Origin: Callorhinchus milii
Lineage: Eukaryota
DNA length: 57,318 nt
Assembly: GCF_018977255.1 (NCBI RefSeq)
Contig: NW_024705274.1
Coordinates: 1 to 57,318, forward strand
Direction: 5' to 3'
Of the stretch, positions 12,401-24,400 are shown piece after piece. Below the pieces are notes generated by a model. The model saw only the letters and a list, made by a program, of their open reading frames with translations. It searched no databases and was not told the DNA's origin. The number at the start of each line of letters is the position of its first letter. The stretch's first letter is position 1. The translations under genes and the position numbers were made by a program.

Positions 12401-15400
12401 TTCCTGCAGTCACGAAAGCTTTAAGTCATGATTTCAGTTACTTTGCATATCAGTAAGCAACGACGAAGTGGCTCTTTCGCTGTACAAAGATAGGTCTCTC
12501 ACTTTATGGTCCCACGTCGACTCTTGCTTCTTACTCATCATCAGCCATAATCTATCCACTGCTGGATGAAGAGCACTACAAGCCACTGCCAACCCTCATG
12601 CACAGATGGCTATGTAGGTGCGAAAGAAGTTCAACATACATACATGTTCACGCAATGCAAAAATCCATACAGCTCCTGCACAAGAGATGAGCCCATTACC
12701 CTTTCTCTTCTGTGGATGTACCCTCGAGCGTTTTCCCTCCTTTGGCTGCTACGCTCGTAAATTAGCCTCGACCACCGGTCACCATCCCTTGTGGTAACGT
12801 GGACTGCCAAGCCCACTTACTTTTCTTAAAATCCAATACGACGCATTTCGAATTTTATCAGCACATTTGGTTTGCTTAATAACCACATTCGCAGGGGCAT
12901 TACACATTTACACCTCCCAGCGTCATTAAACATGTTTTGAAAAACACACATCAGACTGTGGCGGCCGTGGATACAGGCAATTGAATATTATTTCATGAGA
13001 CAGAGGCTTCTGTGGAGGAGCATGGTGATGGGATGTCCGTAAGAAGAGTGGGGACTGCCCTTGCACAACAGAAGAGGTACGGAATCAGAAGAGCATGTGG
13101 TGTGAAACGGTGTGGCACGCAGGATGATGATCAGGGTTATTCCTTCAGGAAGTGGGGATCACCCCTCTGTGACAGGGAGGACTGCGGAGTTCGGCGAGCT
13201 GCGGGGTGTGGACAGGGCACGGCACCCGTACCGTCTCGCCGGGTAGTGGGTGAAGTTTCCCGTCGGCGGCCGCCACCTTCGCCTCCTGCAGCTCGGCCTC
13301 GAGCGAGCGGACGAGGTCAAGGGCCGAGTCGATCTCCAGTGTTCCGCACGCATCCTGGGCCTGGCACAACACAAACTAAACTATTTAAAACTATTTTTTT
13401 TTTACCAGAGAAGGCCTACTGAGCTATATAGCTCTATTTCAGAAGCGACCTGACTACAAATGATAGCTCAACGAAGTGGCTTATCGGGGAAATTTATTGG
13501 AGCCAAATATTCCGAATGGATGTTTCTAAATGTGGAGGGAAAAATGAGAGGATTCGGAAAAGAATCCACAGGACCGCAGGGAGAATATGCAAACTCCAAA
13601 TATACAGGGTCGGGATCAAACTCACGAAGTCCTGCATACCTGGCGAGGTAGTTAACATCTCGCCACAGATGCATGAGGATACGGAACAAACACAGCAACA
13701 TAATACTGGCACCGATAACTCAACTTCTACTGGCACATCCAAGCATAGTCAGCGCAAGGCCGCCACGTTACAGGTGGTTTTCTACAGGTCACGTTACGTG
13801 CCGAGCCGGAACCAAACCAAGAAACTGTGGCGTCGTGAGACATCTGAATCTGACGTGGGGTCATACAGGGCCAGGGGTAGGGACAATGATAAGTTGTCTG
13901 ATACGAGTTGGCAAATTCCAAAAACATTATCACAGCGTAACCTATATGTGAACAGACTTTTGCGTTGCAAGTGATGGAGTGTAGATTTTAATTTGGTATT
14001 TCAACAATTCAATCACGAAATATCCCACAATGTGCTCGCTGTCCATTTCAATTATGTAATTATGCAAAGGGCTAATGACAATTCGCCCTCTCGCGAAGCG
14101 GTCAGTCATCACGATTGGGAGTCAAGAATTTTGTTGCTTTTTACGTTGTGGTAAAAGTAGTACCTCTGGTGGCTGTCGCAATTACTTGAACAAATTACAT
14201 CCAACATATACACATCGAAAATATTGAGCAATGAATGGAGTCTTCCACATTTCAATATCCGTATCGTGAATATAGACTCAATTGCAATGGCATCGTTACC
14301 TGCCCCATTATGGACATGGACACAAAGACAAAGATGCCCCATATAGCCTGAACACTGTTGGGGCAAGTGCTGTTCGCACATATGAAGGCCAGGCACGGTA
14401 CACGATGGTTTAGGGTGGCCAAAAGCATGCCCGGCCGTGCGCACACCACACACATGCACAGATGTGAACCCACAAACTCACACGAAACCTCTCTGTAATA
14501 AAAACCTAGCCGTAAGTAAGTACTGACAGCATTCTCTCTAAATCAGCATGGCCTCATGCCTATATATGTCACATACGAGACAACAATCAGACAGAGGGGG
14601 AGGCAGCCGGCTGCCGCATAAACAACACTAAGCGGATTCCACAGCGTCGACATCACACGCGGCCCGGGGGGGGGGGAAGAACGTCGGCGCGATCGGTAGA
14701 TTTACGATTCACGACGACGCCGCCGCCGCCACGGCCACCGCAGCGGCGTCTCCCCACCTTCTGTGCAGCTGTGCGCAGCTCGGCGAGGCAAGTGGCCAGG
14801 TTCTTGGCGCACTGGCCCAGCTGCATGGACGAGGCTTGGTCCGTCACGGTCGGAACCGACGCTTTGGCGGCTGCCACCATCTTAGTACCCGGCTGCAAAG
14901 AGAGAGAGGGGAAACGGGGTAAAAAAAACACGTCAGTGATCGAGTTGGTGTATCCGCAGTGGCCACCACGGACTTGGCCCTGTAGCGAAACCGCTCCCTT
15001 ATCCGTACCCCGATAGTCCGCTCTTCCTCTTTATCTGAGCTCCCCAATCCATCCAAGAAAGATTACAATTCAGTGCAACGTTTCATTACGATTCACACCT
15101 CCGATTAGCATGGTTGCGAAATCAATTCAACATACACACGTACATACGACTTATGGGGCACTGAGGTATAGGTGAATATGTGAAAAGGTCACAAAAGCAA
15201 AGTTTATAGGGAATAATAACCATTTTTATACTTTTTAGGCATAAGCCATTAAATAATAATATTAGTACCCAAGGAACAAAAATTGTGTTACATAGTGAAA
15301 TATATATAATGTTATACCGTGCACAAATACTGTACTGGATGGGAATGGTTAACTGGTCAGAGCGGATGTGATGGTCAAATATGCGACATTGCAAATGAAG

Positions 15401-18400
15401 CCTTCCCATTGGCCAAGCTTTAAAGTGGTCAAGGTGTCACCCAAAAGTAGTAGCAAACTCCTAATATTATTAGGATGAGTCAACTTAGAGTAGTAGCAAT
15501 TCTTTTTCTATTAACCGTGCTTATCCACGGATCGCCACATGGACAACAAGAGTGATTTTTCATGATAATAATAATAGGATCTGCTGAGAAGACCCTCCGC
15601 ATCATTATAGAAAAGAGGAGTTTGACGGCACAAGGCCATTTGGTGAAAGTGATCTCGGGCAGAGGAGAAACGTGGGTGGACAAATCTGCGTGTCCGGAAA
15701 GCCAGAGCATTCCTCAAGAGCCGTGACCGTCACCGCCCACTGGTTCAGTGGTAATGTGCTAAATTGAGTTGTTGTTGTATTTATTGGTGGGCCCGTTTAG
15801 GACTGAACATGCACTGTACACATTGGCAGCAGTGAACGTGTGATGGGAAATTCACGATGCATTGCGAATGAGTTGAATGTGATATGTTGCCTGTATTTGT
15901 ATTATGTGATATAATTCTAACACGATTGCCCTAAGTTTGTTGGTGTAATCATAAGAGGAATATGTCTGAAAAAAACCCCATTTATTATTGTTACTAATAC
16001 TTTACCAAACAACCTTAAAAATAGCTCATCTTAAAAAAATAAAACCAAAAGCAAGTCAAAAAAAGTAAAAATAACAAATGTTCTCTAATAACTAACACCG
16101 GCTATAGTTATAATAATGGACATAATTATAAATGATTATAATTGTCGAAAGTAACCAGAAGGGAAAAGTAATTGCCTCCAAGGAACAAGCGCAGACATAA
16201 ACGTTGGACATTTACAGCAGCAGCAGCATACGAACACCAACCACTAACTCTAATTGAATAAACACTGGGGACGTGTAATTGCGATGAACAATGCACGTTG
16301 CGTAAACAAACGACCGGCCAGGGGCTACGGGAGGAGGAGGAGAGTGGCCTCATTCTCCAGAAAAACCGCTTGCCCTATAAGGCTCTGAAATAACAGCACA
16401 TTCCGGATACTGCCACCTCTCCTCCTCCTCCACCTCCTGATGCTGCGATCATTGGCTTGGGCAAAATCCCAACACGGCGCCATCGTGCAAACACACATGC
16501 ATGCGCGCGCGCACACACACGCACGTCAGAAATCAGAGCGCAGACAAAATGTTAATCTCCCACTCAAATTCTTCGGTGGTGTTGGTGTTTTCACAGAACC
16601 TGTTGGAGGCATGACTCGTAATAGTAATAACATTCTTGATTCATGAGTTGTAAGAATCGTTTTCATTGAGATGTTTGACCAATTCCAATAATGGGTGTTT
16701 GGCACGGAGGAGGAAACCTGAGTATACAGAGAAAACCCACCAGCCATACAAAGGAATAACACTGAAAGCTTCAGACAGTTAGATTTAATGCACTGCTGTG
16801 CTGCCATCTCCTGGCCGCTTTGTAGCCTAAGCCTACAGTATTCCGAGGCAGTCACCCATCCGAGAACTAACCAGCCTCAAACCGAGGCCCAGTGAGATGG
16901 ATTATGGGTATTTAGGGCGAGGTGGTCGTAGCGCCGGTACCTGCAGGAAGTTGTGACTGGCAGTGATGAGGGCCAGCTGTGCGCTGGGGCTGTCGGGCTG
17001 GCTCTGGCTCCCACGCCAGCCCTGTACCAGCTGCGGGACATGGTCCGCCACGTTCTGTCCGCACGCACGCACGCACACAGCCAAAGCAGCACACACAAGC
17101 CTATATGACGATCTCTCCAAGCACACATTAGCACATGCAGTTCTTTATTGCTACGTCTCTAGAATGCTCTGCTTCCCTTGAAACTGAGAAGAGCCAACCA
17201 CTTGGCTGCTTTTAATAGGAAGCCATAATTGCTCTTTTAGAAAGGTTATGCACTACGATTGACTGCCTCTCTCTAAATAAAATAAAAAAACGCCTCCTCT
17301 CCCCATGATGATCATGTTATCTTTCTGATGCTGTTGCTGCTGATGATTGTGGTGGTAGTACCAATTATATTGCTGTTGATAATTTAGCAGTTCCTGTTGG
17401 TGCTGCTGCTGGCAATGATGGTGGTGACAGTGGTGGAAATGATCATGAGTCTGTTGCTAATGACGATGACACTGCTGCTGTTATTGCTCCTGTTGCTGCC
17501 TTAAAATTTTTAACAACGATGATAACGTTTGCAGTGCGTCAGTAAAAATAATTGTTTTAAATACCGCAGGGGCCTGCGGCAATGTCACGGCCTTCAAACC
17601 TCACCTTGCTACAGCTGACGAGCTGCTGCTGATTGGCGGGGTTCTTGTTGGAGGCGGCCGCTTGCGTGGCGGCGGCGATGGCCTGGCTGGCGGCCGCCGC
17701 AGCCTGCCTCGCAGCCACCTGGCGGGGGGAAACACCCAAACGGCGACGACTAAAGAACATGCAACAAAAACAACTTGGAGCACTCACGTCATCAAAACGT
17801 ATCTAGGCTGTGCGTCGGTCATGCTGCTGCACTGCTGTGGTGACCACCAGAGCTGATGCTGTATTATAATGTGGGCATCTTCATCGTTTCCACACTTGTG
17901 AGCACGGTTTAAATACAAGCGGCTACAACCCCGGATCTCAACACAGGATCTCAGCGGCGCAGGCCGAGTGCTCTGACCAAAAAGCCACATGGCCAACTAT
18001 CTGAAGAATTAACTTCAACAAATAAATGGATGAATCGGTACTCCTAATGAATTCTGTTGAGTTGTACGGAGTAGCAGCAGGTGACTGGCGAGGGCGCCTT
18101 GTGGTGCGCACCTCCAGCCGGTGCACCAGCTTCTTGCGGATGGCGTTCTGGGCGGCGATGTTGGTGGCGACGCGCAGCCCTTCCGCAGCCTCCTGCAGCC
18201 GCTGCTGCTGCTCCTCGCTCTCCGGGTTCGCAGCTGCGCCCTGCAGAGCGACCCCACCCACCCCCAGGAAAAAAAAACACAGGCGCACGCTGGTTATGCA
18301 ATTGGCATGTCAAATTGTCACTGCTAACAGTGGCGAAGCATGTTTGTTGGGGCATAGGCCCTGGTGCAAGGAATTAATTGGGTCGCCCCCCCCCATTTCC

Positions 18401-21400
18401 CGACCCCACCCTACCAGATTTATCTCCCTCTCTTCGTAGCTTGGCGCTTGGGTGTTTGCTGAACCAAAGGCCTGGGTTAAATTGCACTGCTTGCACGCTC
18501 GATAACGTTTGCCAACCGATTCCTAAACAAATCTCAAATGTTTTCAGAAATTTTAATGGTCTGTTCCGTTCAGGAAAGTCACACCGCTAATCAAATGTGT
18601 CAGCAGTGGAAATTCCACACTCCTATAGTGGAGCCAGTCAAGCCAGAGGTCAATGTCCCACAAAGTGGTGTGCCACATCACCATGATCATCTTTAGCAAT
18701 ATGCGCAAAGCACTCTTTGATTACTCATGCATGAACAAGTATATTGTGAAATCTCTACAGTCAATATATTATATTGTAAAAATATACAATTTAGTAATGA
18801 TTTAAAAAGTCGATTATAAAAAGGGACAGAATCTCAATCCTTAAAAAAAAAGTTTTATCTTCAGTCAATCTGTTATATGCATTATTTGTTGCTAAAATTG
18901 TATATTATATATCTAGTAATAGAAAAAAAAAAGTTTTCAAACATTTTCTGACCTTCGCAGCCTCGACCATCTTGGCGGTGGCATCAGCCAGGTACTTGGC
19001 GGCCGCGAGGAGTTTACGCGAGTTCTCCTGGTCTCCTTCGGCCTCCGCGTCCACCTTGATCGCGTTGATGAGGTCAGACGTGGCCTGGGCCAGCAGCCGG
19101 GCCTGCTTCACCATTTCACCTGCCCCCGAAAAAAACGCGACTCCCGTTCAATAAAAAAGAATGCGGGCATCCAAGCGAACACGACGTAAACACTCCAAAC
19201 GACAGCCACGAGGTCCTCTCCAGGGGCCCCTCTTATACTGTCAGCGTGGCCTGGCCCGCCCCCGGCCACGCGCCCTTCTGGAACCTACTAGCGGTTCTCC
19301 ATGTGCCCCTTCTGTGACCCTTCCCCGAGATCCCTCTTTTGTCTATCACGTGGCCCGCTGTCAGTCAGGGCTGCTGTAAGCTGCAGATCCCCTTCCCTGC
19401 CAGCAGCTAACGCTGTGCTGCTACGTGACCGATTCTATGTCACTAAACATACATACCACAAAGATAAAACAATTATCTACATGTGACTAATCATTACATT
19501 CCTAAAAGGTAACACAAACTCACTCAAACAAAACAGGAAAGCCAAGGTGGACGCTGCAACCTTTTGGAACAGCGCCACGCCCTGCCCCACCCCCCGATGG
19601 CGCTGGCTGCATTGGCAGGGCATTGCAGTGCAGAGGATAGGAAGGGTGGGTGTGTATGTGACTGATTGATTGGGTGAGTGGGTAGGTGGCTGGGTGCGTT
19701 GCAGGGTCACCTGCGTTGCCGGTTGAGCTGAAGATGCTCTCGGTGGCGGTGATGATGGTGTCGGTGGCGCAATCGTAGCGGCCCATGCCGTGCCCGCCCG
19801 ACGCCAGCAGCTTGACGTGCTGCAGCAGCGCGTCGAGCGCCTGCGTGACGGCGCCAGCAGCGCCGCCGACCTGGCGGAGCAGCTCGTCGTCCTTGGTGGC
19901 CTCCTGCGACGAGCGCACGCAGCCCTCGACGGCACGTGCCACCAGCTTCCCCGACTCCATCAGCTGCTCTTGGCACACGGGCGAGTCCATGGTGGGGCCC
20001 ACCACCTGTGCACCGCAGGACGATCGCTCTATTAGCAAAATGACCACCATCACGTGGTGACCACGCCACGTTTCGCCTGTTGGAACTTTCGCACAAATCG
20101 TCGATGCAAAAGATGTCGTCGCAAGGCACCCGGAACTCAACTCGTCGATTCCCCGGTATGAGCAGCAACTCTACAGCTTTGTAGCTGGTGAAGCAACGTG
20201 TCGTTTCATTATTGTTGAATTACCGTTTGTCGTTGCTTTAAACAATATTTATTTCCATGCCTTAAATTACAGCTGGGCTATCCGAGTATTTCAGCAACAG
20301 ATTACTGAACCATGCCATATGCTGGCTGTGTATACTCGGCGGTCATCGATTATAATTCTCACGTTCACAATACAAGCAACAAATAGTGTGTGCGAGATCA
20401 AAAACTTACAATTCATGAAAGATATGTGTTGACCAGCTGAACCTGGTGAAAGCGACAGGCAGCGAGGACTGACCAATGGCACCGGTGATGAGCACTGGCT
20501 AATACGGCTGACGCGGATTAGTCACCGAAACTGCAAATGGGGACAGGCCAATGGGACCGAAAGCAGGGACAGGTTGCAGTGACCCGTGGCAGGGACTGGC
20601 TGCAGGGACTGATGAGAGGAGCCTCTGCTAGTGACTGGCAGAAGGCGTTGGTGGAGGCACCTTGGTGCAGGCAACGAGCTGGGACGTGGACAGCGCGCAC
20701 TGCGTCGCCGCAGCGATCACTTGGTTTTGCAGGGCTTGGTCGTCCGCCTTCTGGGCAACCGTCTTGGCCTTGAGCACCAGGCCAGCGGCTGCATTGGCGA
20801 CCGCTTTGGCCAGCTGGTTCAGCACGTCCTGGAGACACGCGGAGAACGTGGGACATGTGAGGGAGACAAGGGGGCAAGGAGGATAGCGGAGGGGAGGGGA
20901 ACTTGAAACCTCTGCTGCGATGGCATAACATGTAACAGGCACACTCGAGTGAGCGTGTCACCACCTGTCTAATTCACTTCCCCCTCTTCGTAGCTTGGCG
21001 CTTCAGTGTCTGCGGCCCAAAGGCCTGGGTGAAATTGCACTGTCAGCACACTCAATGAAGCCAACCGATTCCTAAACACATCTCAAACGTTTTATGAAAA
21101 GTTATCGGTCCGTTCCGTGAAGTAAAGTCACACCCCTGATCAAATGTGTCTGTCGTGGAAATTCAACACCCCTGTAGTGGAGCCAGTCAAGCCATAGGAC
21201 AATGACTATTGATGTCCCACAAAGTGGTCTGCACATCACCATTATCATCCGTTGACAAGCGAAATAGGCCCACTCACAGCGAGTGAGCGTGTCACAATTT
21301 ATTTACCGTTTCATTTGTTTGTTGTTAGCTCAAGGCGGAATTGCGTGGGGAATTTCCCGCTGAGCTCTTCCCAATGGGATGGCAGGCGGGCAAGCAAAGT

Positions 21401-24400
21401 CAATAACAAACAGGCATGGGCAGAAAGCGTTTAATTTACATTTCAACCGCAATTTGGTGTTATGTAAGAAATATATAAAAACGGACAAAATGTTCGGCGA
21501 AAATATTCCACCGCTGTCACTGTCGTTAACACACACAGTCACATATTGCAACTGAAATATTTACTAAAATAATATATTTGTGCAATGGCCCTTATTCAGA
21601 GCACGTTGGTTTTTGTGATTTGATGATAAACAGCATTGCACTTTTCTGACTGAGGGAAACCGCACAGTGTCACGAAACTTTTTTTCAGGAAGGTGCTAAA
21701 TTGGGATGTTTGGTTATGTTTATCAATGTAGATTTATTCTAAAGTCAGGGAAAGAATTGAACAAGGTGTTGTCGGTTGGCTGGAAAAGACCATGAAGTAA
21801 AATTAAGACACCTAACATCAGAAAATTTCCTTAGATATTAAAAATAATGTAATACACTATAATTCCGTATAAAAATCGGTATATCTTTCAAATGTTTAGT
21901 TCTGCAAATTAAAAAAACACTTACATTCACGGTGTACAGTACAAAAACACAAGTCCTTGATGCAGTGCAAGTAAAATGTAAACAGTCACAGGCCCACACC
22001 ACAGCCTGGTGTAAATGATGATAACGATAGAGTCCTTTATGCAGCGAAGCCTTGCTGTGTTTCAACACTCCTTCCCACAGCCATACCCACAGTTTTTAAA
22101 TCTACACGAGCACCGAGTGCAACGCTGTACTGCCAACTCTGGGCTGAACAGCCCCAAGCCTAATATACCTGGTAATAGTTTATAGTTTAGTTTATTCTAA
22201 AGCAGTCTCCCTTCCAAGTATTCACAATAACCTGAAACTTGAAATATAGATTTTTTTTGTCGTTTGTTTTTGTTGCTATGCTAACACACCACGGATATCC
22301 TGTCCAAATAGCAGGGACCATCTGTGAAAAAATAAATAAACTCAACAATCTAAAATCATAAACTATTTTCTATTTTACCAGGTAAGGTCCACTGAGCTAC
22401 ATAGCTCTTTTTCAGAAGCAACCTGGCCACAAATGATAGCCCAATGAAGTGGCTTATCGTGTGGATATTTATAGCAGCCAAATACTCTTAACGTATCTTT
22501 CTAAATGTGAAGAGAAAAATCGAAGAACCCGGAGAAAATGAAACGCGACCACGGGAAGAACGTGCAAACTAAAAATATTCAGGCGTCAGTCGGGATTGAA
22601 CTCACGACCTCCTGCATACCAGACGAGGTTGATAAAATCTCTGAAGACAGTGATTCTGTGATTCAGCCATCGGCGGTAAATATGTAGTTTGGTCGTGGAG
22701 TGTTGTTTGTGAATCTCACGGGCGCCTAACCTGGAACTGCTGGTCCACACCTTGCTGGCCAATCTGCTTGAGGAGGTTGTTGCTCGACCGCCCAACGGTG
22801 CTGGCCGCTGTGAGCACCGCCTGGCGAGGCTGCACACACCACATGGCATGCTGATCGCTCACCATTCACTCACGATCACTCGTCAGACGTAGATCACTCA
22901 CCATGAACAGATCACTCAACATTCAAGCACCGTGTCTCGTGTGCCAAGACAAACTTGATCCTTCACCATTCGTACAAGGTATCGCGGGCCGCATGCTTAG
23001 CAATGACCCATGAATCATTCGCCTTTCGCACACAGAATTGTGCAAAACCCACCAGTCACTCACCAATGAGCCACCAACAGACAATAAAAGCATGCCGAGC
23101 AAACAATAACTTTAAAAAGATAATCAAACTGAGCTCTCCGATGCTCTCAGGCCGATATCTGGAGGGCAGAGAGATGCGTGTGTGCAATGGAAAGGAAGCC
23201 ACGGGCACCGTGGTGACGTCACCGCCGTTTAGTGGTGAATGGTGGCTGTTGCTGTTGTGAAGGAGTATTGCCAGGAGAATGGCGTGGCCTCACCTCTGTG
23301 GACGACGGCTGCACGGTCTTGAGCAGGTCGGAGATGCAGTCGATGAGGCCGCGCGCCGCTTGCAGCAGGGCCCTGCCATCGCCGCCCTCCTCCTCCGTGA
23401 GCGCCGCGAGCAGACGAACGCCGCGAGACATCTCAGTCAGGTTCGACGAGATCGTCACCACGGCGCAGCCCACCGCTGTGTAGTCCGTGTCGGCTGCGTC
23501 GCCTGAAGCCGGGAGGCGGTGGAGGTAGAGGAGGAGTGGCGGGAGGAAGAGGATAGGAGTTACCAGAAAGATAATTAATGGATAAAATTTTATTACACAG
23601 CGGGCAGCAGCAGAGGTGGAAATGAATCACGGCAGTAGCAGCGGAGGTGGCATTTGAGCGATAAAATTGCGATGAATAGATCGATTGAGGAAATGAGTAA
23701 AATATTTCAAATTGTAAAAGACCAATAACAGCGGGTCTAATTTATAAGTTGGCCAAAAGACAGCTCTGGGCCAATTTTTTACAACAAAAAAATTCAAATC
23801 TCCACTTGTGGGAGTGTTTTATACCAAGACACAAATGGCCATTCGTGTATTTTTTTTCAGTGAATGGAAAAGATGAATCCACAAGACCAGGCATAGCAAG
23901 AAAGCCAGAACAGGCGACCCAACTGCTAAGGGTCGTGCGTGGGAAGAGTAAACGCTGACCAGATGTAAGGTTGATGCAGGAGGCAGTGCTGGCATTTATA
24001 GCATCCACTTGCGAATGGATCTCATGCTTTGCCTGGTCCATCTTGTACTGACGCCAGGCCTTGGATGCCTGGAGGGATAAGGGCGGTGGGGGTGAAGATG
24101 GTGAACTTAAGGTCACGGGGCTACAACATCAAAGAAAACAAACGCATTACTCTATTTGACACTGATGTAATGCTCTAATGCTATCTACACTTCTTACAAG
24201 AATAAATAACAAACATAAGCCAAAGCCTAAAAAGACCATGCCACCTCCAGTGACATCTCTACAGCGACCCTCAAAAATCCATCCATGGTACCACGTTTTC
24301 GGGGTATCACCTGCCCCTGCCCCCCCCCCATGCCAACCAAGCAATCGGGTGACCCCTGACCTTGTCTTGCCCGAGCGGGGGCAACGCGTCCATTTCATCC

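Noticed and set aside
20829-22730. Possible equivalent of the mammalian TLN1 cassette exon 17b in the corresponding intron
   Set aside because: No convincing short exon with good splice sites was recognisable by eye; RNA-seq would be needed.
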